Source: Candidatus Blautia intestinigallinarum
GTDB lineage: Bacteria > Bacillota > Clostridia > Lachnospirales > Lachnospiraceae
Length of the DNA stretch: 64,000 nucleotides
Assembly: GCA_019112635.1 (NCBI GenBank)
Contig: DXIX01000029.1
Location: forward strand, 18,642 to 82,641
Reading direction: 5' to 3'
Shown here: piece by piece, positions 10,442-19,611 of the stretch
Position numbering within the stretch: the first letter of the stretch is position 1
Layout: each line of letters opens with the position of its first letter
Position numbers and translations under genes: made by a program
Notes under the pieces: model-generated
Seen by the model: only the letters and a program-made list of their open reading frames with translations
Told to the model about the DNA's origin: nothing
Database searches by the model: none

Positions 10442-10942
10442 ATGACAAGAAAAAGAACGATTATTGCGGGGATTTTAGGCCTCATTTTTCTCCTGGCCCT
10501 TGACCAGTGGACAAAATATCTGGCTATTGCCCATTTAAGAGATCAGTCAGCGATTATTCTGATCCCGGGAGTCCTGGAACTGCAGTATCTGGAAAACTTT
10601 GGGGCAGCTTTTGGTATTCTCCAGAACCAACGGTGGCTGTTCGTTCTGTTATGCTGTATCTTTCTGGCTGTGGCAGTTTATTTCTATGGAAAACTGCCCT
10701 CAAAGAAGGAGTATTGGCTTTTTCGGGTGATGACGGTGCTTCTGGCAGCCGGCGCAGTGGGAAACCTCATTGACCGGGTTATGCGGGGATATGTGGTAGA
10801 CTTTATTTATTTCTCATTGATTGACTTCCCGATTTTTAACTTCGCAGACTGCTGTGTTGTGACAGGCGGAATTTTAATGCTGATGAATGTACTGGTGATT
10901 TACCGCAAAGAAGATTATGAATTCCTGAAATGGCATTCATAA
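10442..10942 (+). CDS. lspA: Lipoprotein signal peptidase II
   Basis: DQWTK, NFGAAFG, GNLIDR, VVDFI and FNFAD motifs. Confidence 0.95.
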   Translation: MTRKRTIIAGILGLIFLLALDQWTKYLAIAHLRDQSAIILIPGVLELQYLENFGAAFGILQNQRWLFVLLCCIFLAVAVYFYGKLPSKKEYWLFRVMTVLLAAGAVGNLIDRVMRGYVVDFIYFSLIDFPIFNFADCCVVTGGILMLMNVLVIYRKEDYEFLKWHS

Positions 10943-10958
10943 CAGAGGAGAGATTTTA

Positions 10959-11876
10959 ATGGAAGAAGAAATCAGATTAGAAGCCGAAGAAAAGGATATC
11001 GGTCAGCGGGTTGACAAATACTTGTCTTTGAAAATGCCGGAAGTCTCCAGATCTTATTTTCAAAAGCTTTTAAAGGAAGGCAAGGTCTATGTGAAAGAGA
11101 AAGCTGTGAAAGCCAATTACAAGCTTCAGGCAGGGGATATGATTCATTTTCAGCTTCCGCCCGACGAGGAACCGGATATTCTTCCGGAAGATATTCCTCT
11201 GGACATCTTATATGAAGATGATTATCTTCTCATTGTCAACAAACCGAAGGACATGGTGGTTCACCCCTGTCCGGGACACTACACGGGGACTCTGGTAAAT
11301 GGAGTCCTGTTTCATTGTCAGGGGAATCTCTCCGGGATTAACGGAGTCCTGCGGCCGGGAATTGTACACCGCATCGATAAAGATACGACTGGAGCCCTGG
11401 TGGTCTGCAAAGACGATCAGACTCACCGCAGTCTGGCAGATCAGCTTGCCAGACATTCCATCACGAGGAGATACCGGGCCGTGGTCACGGGAAATCTTCC
11501 GGAGGATTCGGGGACCATCGAAGGGCCGATCGGCCGTCATCCCCAGGACCGGAAAAAAATGGCGGTGAACTATAAGAATGGAAAGGACGCTGTGACCCAT
11601 TACCGTGTCCTGGAACGGCTGAAGAACGCCACCTATGTTGAATGTGAGCTGGAGACGGGAAGAACCCATCAGATCCGGGTTCATTTCAGCCATATCGGTC
11701 ATCCCCTTCTCGGGGATACGGTGTACGGATCCGCGAAGAACCCGTACCGGCTTCAAGGGCAGGCGCTGCATGCCATGGTTCTGGGATTCTGGCATCCCCA
11801 TTTTGAGAAATATGTCGAATTTACAGCGCCTTTGCCAGAGTATTTTCAAAAACTATTGGAAAAATTACGAAAATAA
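10959..11876 (+). CDS. rluD: RluA/RluD family pseudouridine synthase
   Basis: S4 domain; VNKPK.MVVHP, HRIDKDTTG and GRTHQIRVH motifs. Confidence 0.92.
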   Translation: MEEEIRLEAEEKDIGQRVDKYLSLKMPEVSRSYFQKLLKEGKVYVKEKAVKANYKLQAGDMIHFQLPPDEEPDILPEDIPLDILYEDDYLLIVNKPKDMVVHPCPGHYTGTLVNGVLFHCQGNLSGINGVLRPGIVHRIDKDTTGALVVCKDDQTHRSLADQLARHSITRRYRAVVTGNLPEDSGTIEGPIGRHPQDRKKMAVNYKNGKDAVTHYRVLERLKNATYVECELETGRTHQIRVHFSHIGHPLLGDTVYGSAKNPYRLQGQALHAMVLGFWHPHFEKYVEFTAPLPEYFQKLLEKLRK

Positions 11877-11963
11877 TTGGAAATTCCAACAAAACTATAG
11901 TATAATAGCTTATATAAATTTTATTCAGACAGCTTTAAGGCTCTGGTGAAGGGAGTGACTTCT

Positions 11964-12593
11964 ATGAAAACAAACACAGTGATAACAATCGGAAGACAAT
12001 TTGGAAGCGGTGGCAGACAGATTGGCCAGGAGTTGGCACAGCTATACGGAATCAAGTGCTATGACAAAGAACTTCTGGAACATGCAGCCAACGACAGCGG
12101 TATCTGTAAAGAGCTCTTCGAAAACCACGATGAGAAGCCAACCAACAGCTTCCTTTACTCTCTGGTGATGGATACCTATTCTTTCGGATATTCTTCATCT
12201 GCCTTTACCGATATGCCAATGAACCACAAGATTTTTCTTGCTCAATTTGATACGATTAAGAAACTGGCTGCCGAAGGGCCCTGTGTCATGGTTGGCAGAT
12301 GCGCGGATTATGCCCTGGCAGATATGAAGAACGCCATCAGCGTCTTCATTCACTGTGATATGGATAAGAGAATCCAGAGAATCAGTGAGCGGCATAACAA
12401 GACTGCCAGCGCGGCCAAGGATATGATTCTGAAGACTGACAAGAGCCGTTCCAGCTATTATAACTATTACACCAACAAAAAATGGGGAGAGGCAACCAGC
12501 TATCATCTCTGTATCGACAGTGGAAAATTTGGCATCGAGGGTTCTGTGAAAGCCATCGCAGAGGCAATCAAGATTTTTGAGAGCACCTTGTAG
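11964..12593 (+). CDS. Cytidylate kinase-like family protein
   Basis: ITIGRQFGSGG and VMVGRCADY motifs; TGGAAA-17-TATAAT promoter at 11878-11906. Confidence 0.85.
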   Translation: MKTNTVITIGRQFGSGGRQIGQELAQLYGIKCYDKELLEHAANDSGICKELFENHDEKPTNSFLYSLVMDTYSFGYSSSAFTDMPMNHKIFLAQFDTIKKLAAEGPCVMVGRCADYALADMKNAISVFIHCDMDKRIQRISERHNKTASAAKDMILKTDKSRSSYYNYYTNKKWGEATSYHLCIDSGKFGIEGSVKAIAEAIKIFESTL

Positions 12594-13302
12594 ACCATCC
12601 CTTTAGATTTCCATTCAGAACAGCGGTGAACATACGCTGCTTTACTCCGGGATTGTCGTGATTCAGTTTGCAGAGCAGTTCCTTGACATACTCCCGCTTG
12701 GTATTGCCGTCCGCGGGACAGGAACTCTTCTCGACAGGAAGCTGATATTTGTTCTGGAACCCGATGACATCGGCTTCATCCAGAAAGATTAGCGGACGAA
12801 TCAGTGTGAGATCCATGCGATCCCAGTAGGTCCGGGGTGAGAAGGTGTGGAATCTTCCCTCGTAAATCAGAGACAGCATGAGTGTCTCAACCACATCATC
12901 CTTGTGATGTGCATATGCGATTTTGTTGCAGCCATGTTCTTTGGCAACTTCATTGAGCGCCCCTTTTCTCATCTTTGCACACAGAGAACAGGGGTTGCTT
13001 TCTTTTCTGTCCTGAAAGATAATCTGCGAAATCTGTGTGGGTACTACGGTGTAAGGCACCTGAAGTTCCTGACAGAGCTCATGAATCTTTTCTGTGTGAA
13101 AATCACCGAATCCCATGTCCACGGTGATAGCTTCCAATTCAAATTTTTTCGGATAGAAACGGCGCAGCCCGGCCAGGGCATACAGAAGCGTCAGACTGTC
13201 CTTTCCCCCGGAGATTCCAACCGCGATTCGATCCCCGTCCTCAATCAATTGAAATTCATCGATTGCTTTTCTCGTGATACTCAGTAATTTTTGATATTTC
13301 AT
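12568..13302 (-). CDS. ttcA: tRNA 2-thiocytidine biosynthesis protein (TtcA family)
   Basis: PP-loop SGGKDS, CSLC, HHKDD and IRPL motifs. Confidence 0.85.
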   Translation of the reverse strand: MKYQKLLSITRKAIDEFQLIEDGDRIAVGISGGKDSLTLLYALAGLRRFYPKKFELEAITVDMGFGDFHTEKIHELCQELQVPYTVVPTQISQIIFQDRKESNPCSLCAKMRKGALNEVAKEHGCNKIAYAHHKDDVVETLMLSLIYEGRFHTFSPRTYWDRMDLTLIRPLIFLDEADVIGFQNKYQLPVEKSSCPADGNTKREYVKELLCKLNHDNPGVKQRMFTAVLNGNLKGWSTRCSQKS

Positions 13303-13463
13303 ATTTCCTCCTGTAAGTCATTTCTAAAGTCCTGTGCGTAATAACGTGACTATTATAGCGAATTTATGTTAAAAAAGATACAAAAATAATTAAAAAAGTG
13401 TGACAAAATTGCGAAGGCATGTTATAATTTTACCAGTTACAACAGAAATGGAGAGAGAAAAGA

Positions 13464-13913
13464 ATGCGACTTGTAATTCAACGTGTCAACCACGCACAGG
13501 TGACTGTTCAGGACCAGGTGGTTGGCAAGATTGGAAAGGGCTTCTTGGTTCTCATCGGTGTCAGTCAGCAGGATACGAAGGAGATTGCGGATAAATATCT
13601 GAAAAAACTGCTGGGGCTGCGGATTTTTGAGGATGAGAACGGGAAGACGAACCTATCTTTGCGTGATGTGAGCGGGGAACTGCTTCTGATTTCCCAATTT
13701 ACCCTCTATGCAAACTGCAAAAAGGGAAATCGCCCCAGCTTCATCGAGGCAGGAGCTCCGGATATGGCGAATGAGCTCTATGAATATATGGTTGAGAAAG
13801 CGCGGGAGGAGATCCCTGTCGTGCAGACCGGCTGTTTCGGAGAACATATGAAAGTTTCTCTGGAAAATGATGGCCCGTTTACAGTGGTTCTGGACGAGTC
13901 ACTGTTGGGATAA
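13464..13913 (+). CDS. dtd: D-aminoacyl-tRNA deacylase
   Basis: IQRV, SQFTL, KGNRPSF and NDGP motifs. Confidence 0.96.
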   Translation: MRLVIQRVNHAQVTVQDQVVGKIGKGFLVLIGVSQQDTKEIADKYLKKLLGLRIFEDENGKTNLSLRDVSGELLLISQFTLYANCKKGNRPSFIEAGAPDMANELYEYMVEKAREEIPVVQTGCFGEHMKVSLENDGPFTVVLDESLLG

Positions 13914-13957
13914 GAGAAAAGAAACAAACCAGAAAAGGAGGGTAGAGGAGTAGCATT

Positions 13958-15910
13958 ATGAAAAAGAAGGGTTATGTGTATGGTCTGTTTCTTCTTCTGA
14001 CTTTGTTCTTTGGCATGGGAATGACAATGACCGCAGGCACATCTGCGGTGTATGCCGCGGTTCAGAACGGCTGGGTCACAGAAAACGGAAATACTTATTA
14101 CTATCAGAACGGCAAGAAACTGACCGGCAAGCAGAAAATCGGTGATGAGTATTATTATTTCAATTCTGTGCACGGCTATATGCAGACGGGATGGTATGAG
14201 ACCCAGGCCGGCAACCTCTATTATTTCGGGGATGACGGTGTGATGCGTACCGGTCTGCAGACGATTGACGGTGAGACCTACTATTTTTACACCACCGGAA
14301 GAGTTGCGGATGATGTCATTGTCACCATTGACTCAAAAAAATACTATTTTGATGAGAATGGAAAACTGTATAAAGGAGGATGGCTGGACTACAAAGACGG
14401 CCATACTTATTATTTCTACCGTGGGGATGGCCATATGCTCAAGAGCTGCTGGATCACATCCACCATCGACGGCAAGCAGTATAAGTTCTATGTGAGAGCC
14501 AACGGATACCGGGCTGAGGGATGGCTGAAAAATGCCAACGGTGACTACCGTTATTTCCTGTACCGGGACGGCAGGATGCTCACCGGCTGGAATACCATAG
14601 GAGGAAAGAAGTACTACTTCGATCCGGAGACGGGTATCCGCTATGAGGGACTTCACACCATTGACGGTAAAAAATATTATTTTAACGCTGTTAAGGGGTA
14701 TATGCAGACGGGATGGTTCAAGACGCAGTACGGAAATTATTATTATTTCGGAGATGACGGTGTGATGCGTACCGGACAGCAGACCATTGATGCGGAAGAG
14801 TATTACTTCTACAGCACTGGGCGCAGAGCTCACGATGTCATTGTCACCATCGGTTCCAAGAAATACTATTACGACGAGAATGGAAAGCTGTACAAGGGAG
14901 GATGGCTGGATTACAAAGACGGCCACACTTACTATTTCTACCGCGGGGATGGCCATATGCTCAAGAGCTGCTGGATCACATCCACCATTGACGGCAAAAA
15001 ATATAAGTTCTATGTGAGAGCCAACGGATACCGGGCTGAGGGATGGCTGAAAAACAGCAGCGGACAGTATCGTTATTTCCTGTACCGGGACGGCAGAATG
15101 CTCACCGGTGCCAACCGGATCAATAAAAAGCTTTATTATTTCGATCCGGAGACGGGTATCCGTCAGTCAGGTCTGATAAAGATTAACGGTAAGTTCTATT
15201 TCTTCAGCAGTAGTGACGGAGCTGCATACACCAGCCAGTGGATCACCAGCGATGGTAAGAAATATTACGCAAGCTCCAGCGGAGCGCTCCTGACAGGATG
15301 GCAGGAGATTGGCGGAAGCACTTATTATTTCCTGTATCGTTACGGTTACGCTCTGACCGGATTTAATCAGATCAATGGCAAACTGTATTACTTCTACGAT
15401 TCCGGAAAACTTGCTACTAACACCTGGGTAGATTCCAACCACTATATGGGAAGCGACGGTGTATGGCAGGAAGGAAAGGTAAACACTGCGAATACCTTCT
15501 CCTGGCCGCTGAAGAGCTGGTCCTATATCTCCAGCTACTTTGGAGGCAGAGAGTCTCCCGGCGGTATTGGATCCACCAATCATATGGGAATTGACATCGC
15601 TGCAGCCAGCGGAACGCCAATTTATGCGGCGGCTTCCGGCGTCATCGTTGTACGCCAGTGGAGTGATTCTGCCGGTTATTATATTCAGATCTCACACGGC
15701 ACGATCAATGGAGAGGCTCTTGAGACTCAGTATATGCATCAGAGCCGGTTCGCGCCAGGTCTGAGTGTGGGGGACCGGGTGACCAAAGGTCAGCTCATTG
15801 GCTACGTGGGATCCACGGGAAATTCCACCGGACCGCACCTGCATTTCGGTGTGAAATCCGATGGCCAGTATGTAGATCCTCTGGATTATGTATCAGAACC
15901 AGATCATTAA
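13958..15910 (+). CDS. Secreted cell-wall-binding-repeat protein with C-terminal M23 peptidase
   Basis: Signal peptide; many YYF..dG...TGW repeats; M23 motifs HMGID, YMH and GNSTGPHLH. Confidence 0.9.
   Translation: MKKKGYVYGLFLLLTLFFGMGMTMTAGTSAVYAAVQNGWVTENGNTYYYQNGKKLTGKQKIGDEYYYFNSVHGYMQTGWYETQAGNLYYFGDDGVMRTGLQTIDGETYYFYTTGRVADDVIVTIDSKKYYFDENGKLYKGGWLDYKDGHTYYFYRGDGHMLKSCWITSTIDGKQYKFYVRANGYRAEGWLKNANGDYRYFLYRDGRMLTGWNTIGGKKYYFDPETGIRYEGLHTIDGKKYYFNAVKGYMQTGWFKTQYGNYYYFGDDGVMRTGQQTIDAEEYYFYSTGRRAHDVIVTIGSKKYYYDENGKLYKGGWLDYKDGHTYYFYRGDGHMLKSCWITSTIDGKKYKFYVRANGYRAEGWLKNSSGQYRYFLYRDGRMLTGANRINKKLYYFDPETGIRQSGLIKINGKFYFFSSSDGAAYTSQWITSDGKKYYASSSGALLTGWQEIGGSTYYFLYRYGYALTGFNQINGKLYYFYDSGKLATNTWVDSNHYMGSDGVWQEGKVNTANTFSWPLKSWSYISSYFGGRESPGGIGSTNHMGIDIAAASGTPIYAAASGVIVVRQWSDSAGYYIQISHGTINGEALETQYMHQSRFAPGLSVGDRVTKGQLIGYVGSTGNSTGPHLHFGVKSDGQYVDPLDYVSEPDH
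14152..15162 (+). repeat. Intragenic tandem duplication with 522-bp (174-aa) period
   Basis: TATGCAGACGGGATGGT at 14179 and 14701; near-identical DNA at 14422-14530 and 14944-15052. Confidence 0.9.
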
Positions 15911-15951
15911 AAACATCACTATAATATAAATAATAAATAGAAGAAACTCAT

Positions 15952-16010
15952 GAAGAAGAGCTATGGAACGTTTTCGACAGACGTCGGAACGGACCAGCAG
16001 CTCTTTTTCT
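15952..16010. terminator. Probable bidirectional terminator between convergent genes
   Basis: AAGAAGAGCT...AGCTCTTTTT inverted repeat. Confidence 0.6.
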
Positions 16011-16052
16011 ATTCTTTCGCAAAAAACAAGATATCAGACAGCAAAATTATAA

Positions 16053-16080
16053 AGTTGTCAATAATAATATTATGTAAACA
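16053..16080 (+). other. dif: Candidate dif chromosome dimer resolution site
   Basis: AGTTGTCAATAATAATATTATGTAAACA. The right arm TTATGTAAAC matches the B. subtilis dif XerD arm (TTATGTAAACT). It ends 3 bp from the recombinase stop, at the gene-orientation switch. Confidence 0.7.
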
Positions 16081-16083
16081 ATC

Positions 16084-17148
16084 TTATTTTTCCATGTGTT
16101 CCCTGAGAGTGACAGCGGAGGCAGCCTTTCTGCGGCGGCTGTCATCCATGGCAGCGTAATGCTTTTTCGTGGTGTTGACATCCGAATGTCCCAGCACATC
16201 TGCCACAAGATAGATATCGCCCGTTTCCTGATAAAGGGCGGTGCCATAGGTACTTCGCAATTTGTGCGGCGTAATTTTCTTGGTAGTGGTAATCTGAGAG
16301 GCATATTTTTTGACCAAATTCTCCACTGCCTGAACCCCCATACGTTTTCTCTGGGTGGAATAGAAGAGTGCGTGCTCATGGCCGGCCACAGGGGTAACGC
16401 CTTTGCGAACCTCCAGGTAACGGTGCAATGCCTCGGCGACCTCCTCGCCGAAATAGACGATCATCTCATTGCCGCCTTTTCTTGTGACTTTGATGCCGTT
16501 ATTTTTAAAATCAATGTCCTCCACATCCAGCCCCACGCACTCTGAGACACGGATACCTGTCCCCAGCAGCAATGTGACCAGAGCGAGATCCCTTTCTTTG
16601 GTCTTTTCATAGTAAGCTTTTTTCTGTCCTGTGAGTGTGTCGCCGGCATGTTCGATGTAATCCAGAAGCATGGCGACTTCATCCGCATCCAGACGGGTGA
16701 TGGCTTTCTGATGCAGTTTCGGCATGTCCACCAGAACGGCAGGATTTGTGTGAATCATTTCCCTCTTATAATAATAGGAATAAAAACTGCGTAAAGAGGA
16801 CATTTTCCGTTTCAGGCCGCGTTCTCCGTTGGTTGTTGTTTTCTGACTATTTTGGTATACTTTCAGGTATTCTTGATATTCCTCAATGTCAACTGCGTGA
16901 ATCTGATCCAGGACATCGACAGTGAAGCGGTTCATGCTATAACCGCGAAAAGCAGGGTTTTCCTCCAGCAAAAACTGGAAGAAGATCCGAATGTCGTAGG
17001 CGTAGGAAATGCGGGTCCTGGTGGTTGTGGTAGCCTCCAGAGCACGAAAATAATCCCGGCAAAACGGCGGCAAGGCCTTTAAGATTTCCCGCAGACGCAG
17101 AGTGTTTTTGATATCTGTCTGTTCCCGGTAAGTTGTTCGTTTTTCCAA
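16084..17148 (-). CDS. Xer-family tyrosine recombinase (XerS-like length, about 354 aa)
   Basis: TGIRVSE, RKGG, TPHKLRST and LGHSDVNTT..Y catalytic set; TTG start at 17148 with GGAGG RBS; no phage or ICE genes nearby. Confidence 0.9.
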   Translation of the reverse strand: MEKRTTYREQTDIKNTLRLREILKALPPFCRDYFRALEATTTTRTRISYAYDIRIFFQFLLEENPAFRGYSMNRFTVDVLDQIHAVDIEEYQEYLKVYQNSQKTTTNGERGLKRKMSSLRSFYSYYYKREMIHTNPAVLVDMPKLHQKAITRLDADEVAMLLDYIEHAGDTLTGQKKAYYEKTKERDLALVTLLLGTGIRVSECVGLDVEDIDFKNNGIKVTRKGGNEMIVYFGEEVAEALHRYLEVRKGVTPVAGHEHALFYSTQRKRMGVQAVENLVKKYASQITTTKKITPHKLRSTYGTALYQETGDIYLVADVLGHSDVNTTKKHYAAMDDSRRRKAASAVTLREHMEK

Positions 17149-17206
17149 TAGCAAAACCTCCGTTAGTCTGGACGATAACATCCAAATCGGATACCAGTCC
17201 AGATAA

Positions 17207-17248
17207 TATGTTAAGATTAATATTAACTATGTTTAGATTAATCTTAAC
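17207..17248. repeat. Two tandem 21-bp units, each containing an 18-bp near-palindrome (consensus GTTAAGATTAATCTTAAC)
   Basis: 17210-17227 GTTAAGATTAATATTAAC and 17231-17248 GTTTAGATTAATCTTAAC; each has one mismatch to the perfect palindrome. Confidence 0.85.
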
Positions 17249-17413
17249 ACGGAAATGGGAATTTAAAAAGTGGTTTGTCTAATTTCGGGTCGATCTATTT
17301 GAAAAACCTGGGTTTGTCGTATAGATTGATCTCTAAAGAAAGAGTCCGCATAAGGTGGTAAAATGCAGACTCTCTCCTTTGTAAGAAACATTATGTATCA
17401 GAATTTATGGAAA

Positions 17414-18499
17414 TTAATCGTCTTTTTCATCGGAAGTCAGGATTCTGGCTTTCTCTTCCCCGCGCAGCACCCGAAGGATTCCCTCCGCCAGTGCCTGCAT
17501 TTCATTTTCTCCCGGTAAAATGGATACCGGTGCCAGAAATGATACACGTTCAATAACCATGTCTGTCAGTCTCTTAGAGTAAGCAAGTCCTCCAGTCAGA
17601 ATAATCTGATCCACTTTTCCTTTCACTGTCGGTCCTAGCTTCGCGATACTCTTTGCAATGGCAAGGGCCATCGCTTCTTCGACTAATGCAGCCTCTTCAT
17701 TGCCGTCTGCAATCATTTTCTCCACGTCCCGCAGATCCGATGTGCCGAAGAAAGAAACCAGCCCTCCGGTTCTCTGCAGTTTTTTCATCAGCTCTTCCCG
17801 TGTGTATTCTCCGCCGTAGGCAAGTTCTACCATAGTATAAGTCGGGAAACCGCCCGCCCGTTCCGGTGAAAACGGTCCTTCCTGGTCCATCACCATGTCA
17901 ATCATTCTTCCGCCGCTGTGCAGATTGATGGTGATTCCTCCTCCCAGATGTGCCACAATCAGATTCATCTTCTCATAATCCAGCTGATGATCACGGCAGT
18001 ATTTCAAAGCTGCCGCCCTGGTGTTCAGGCTGTGTCCCCGGGCCACACGGACAATTCCTTTCCACCCGGTCATGGAGGCCACAGGAAGCATCTCATCCAC
18101 GGTTACGGCATCATAAGTGTAAGCCTTGATTCCCAGCGGTTTGGCGATGTCAAACGCAATGCCGGCTGCCAGGTTGGAAGCATGCTGGTCTCCTGGCCGG
18201 TAATGAAGAAAATCTACCATATAATCGTTGACTTCATAAGCACCGGCATGAACCGGAGGCATATTACCGCCCCGGGCTGCGATTGCTGCCAGAGAGTCAA
18301 GGGATTCCCCGTGCTTTTCCAGGCATTCTTTTACCAGTGCTGTCCTCATGTCCAGCTGGTCATAAATGGTTTTATATTCTTTCAGCTCCTCCAGGCTGTG
18401 GGAGATACTCTCCATCCATTTCTGCTGATCTCCCTCGTAAATTGCGATTTTCGTGGATGTAGAGCCTGGATTAATCACTAATATTTTCTCATTTTTCAT
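17414..18499 (-). CDS. buk: Butyrate/branched-chain fatty acid kinase family
   Basis: LVINPGSTSTK, ARGG, HASNL, HLGGGI, GPFSPER, ILTGGLAY and PGENE motifs. Confidence 0.92.
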   Translation of the reverse strand: MKNEKILVINPGSTSTKIAIYEGDQQKWMESISHSLEELKEYKTIYDQLDMRTALVKECLEKHGESLDSLAAIAARGGNMPPVHAGAYEVNDYMVDFLHYRPGDQHASNLAAGIAFDIAKPLGIKAYTYDAVTVDEMLPVASMTGWKGIVRVARGHSLNTRAAALKYCRDHQLDYEKMNLIVAHLGGGITINLHSGGRMIDMVMDQEGPFSPERAGGFPTYTMVELAYGGEYTREELMKKLQRTGGLVSFFGTSDLRDVEKMIADGNEEAALVEEAMALAIAKSIAKLGPTVKGKVDQIILTGGLAYSKRLTDMVIERVSFLAPVSILPGENEMQALAEGILRVLRGEEKARILTSDEKDD

Positions 18500-18537
18500 C
18501 GTTGGTCAACCCTTTCTGTTGTTTTGAAGTCTGATGG

Positions 18538-19443
18538 TCAGCCGCTCACAATGCAGGCAAGCATCAGCGAGTTAAACTTCTCTTCTGCCGAGGAACCTCT
18601 GGAAGTCAGGACAATCGGACATTTAGCACCGACAATCAATCCGGCCATCTTCGCATGTGCCATCTCTGTCAGAGATTTTCCGAGAATGTTCCCTGCATGA
18701 ATATTGGGGACAAGCAGAATATCTGCGTCACCCGCGCAGGGGCTCTGATAATTCTTCACCACTGCCCGTTCTTTCACCATGGCAAGGTCAAAGGAAATCG
18801 GTCCCTCTACAATGCAGTCCCCAATCTCCCCTTTCTGATTCATTTCCTTGAGTGCCAGGGCCTCCATGGATTCCGGCATCTTTGGATTCGGCGTCTCTGA
18901 GGCAGCCAGCACGCACACCTTCGGCATGTCACATCCCAGCTTTCTCATCACCTTCACTGCGTTCTCAATGATACTCTTCTTCTGCTCCAACGTCGGATAA
19001 GGAAGCATTCCTCCATCCGTGGTGAGCAGCAATTTGTGATAAGCAGGTATCTCATTCACTGCCACATGGCTCATGACTCCTCCCAGTCCGAGTCCCGTTG
19101 CCTTATTCACCACAGGACGCAGCATCTGCGAAGTCTCAAGTTTTCCTTTCATCAGGAAATCCGCACGCCCCTCTCTCACCGTCTGCACGCCAAGGGATGC
19201 CGCGCTCTCAGGATCCTCCGCATCGAGAATCTGGTCATCTGTGATCGCAAAAGAAATCTGCTCTGCCGTCTGATGGATTGCCTCACGGTTTCCGATGAGA
19301 AGCGGCGTCACAAGCCCCTCCCGTGTCACCTCTGCCACCGCTTCCAGTGCATGTGGATCTTCCGCCCGCACCAAAGCCACAGTCTTGCGATCCGTCTTCG
19401 TGTTTACCAATTCCAGAAGTTCCTGAAAATGTCTGTATCTCAT
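18538..19443 (-). CDS. ptb: Phosphate butyryltransferase family (acyl-CoA:phosphate transferase)
   Basis: LMKGKLET, TDGG, VEGPISFDLA, ADILLVP and PIVLTSRG motifs; co-oriented upstream of buk. Confidence 0.92.
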   Translation of the reverse strand: MRYRHFQELLELVNTKTDRKTVALVRAEDPHALEAVAEVTREGLVTPLLIGNREAIHQTAEQISFAITDDQILDAEDPESAASLGVQTVREGRADFLMKGKLETSQMLRPVVNKATGLGLGGVMSHVAVNEIPAYHKLLLTTDGGMLPYPTLEQKKSIIENAVKVMRKLGCDMPKVCVLAASETPNPKMPESMEALALKEMNQKGEIGDCIVEGPISFDLAMVKERAVVKNYQSPCAGDADILLVPNIHAGNILGKSLTEMAHAKMAGLIVGAKCPIVLTSRGSSAEEKFNSLMLACIVSG

Positions 19444-19476
19444 GATTATCCCCCATTTCAAATTCCATGCTTAATC

Positions 19477-19525
19477 GCATGATGCATCATGCATTAATTA
19501 TAGAAAGTGCCTCTTCCATTGTCAA
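19477..19525 (-). promoter_or_regulatory. ptb-buk promoter with palindromic operator (copy 1)
   Basis: Minus-strand TTGACA (19520-25), 17 bp, TATAAT (19497-502); perfect palindrome GCATGATGCATCATGC at 19477-19492, 4 bp downstream of the -10. Confidence 0.85.
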
Positions 19526-19611
19526 CAATAAATAAAAAAAAGAAGCTTTTTTCGAAAATTTTTCAAGAAATTTATAAAAAAGCTTCTCATTTTTTGACTA
19601 TATTTACTAAG

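Noticed and set aside
12568-12593. 26-bp convergent overlap of the cmk-like gene and ttcA
   Set aside because: Short tail-to-tail overlaps are common and there is no sign of a special function.
14152-15162. Repeats as a CRISPR array or DGR template/variable repeat
   Set aside because: The repeats are in-frame coding units without spacers, differences are not adenine-specific, and there is no cas or reverse transcriptase gene in the window.
16084-17148. Recombinase as a prophage or ICE integrase
   Set aside because: No excisionase, phage or conjugation genes, no tRNA target and no att duplication seen. The context fits a housekeeping Xer.
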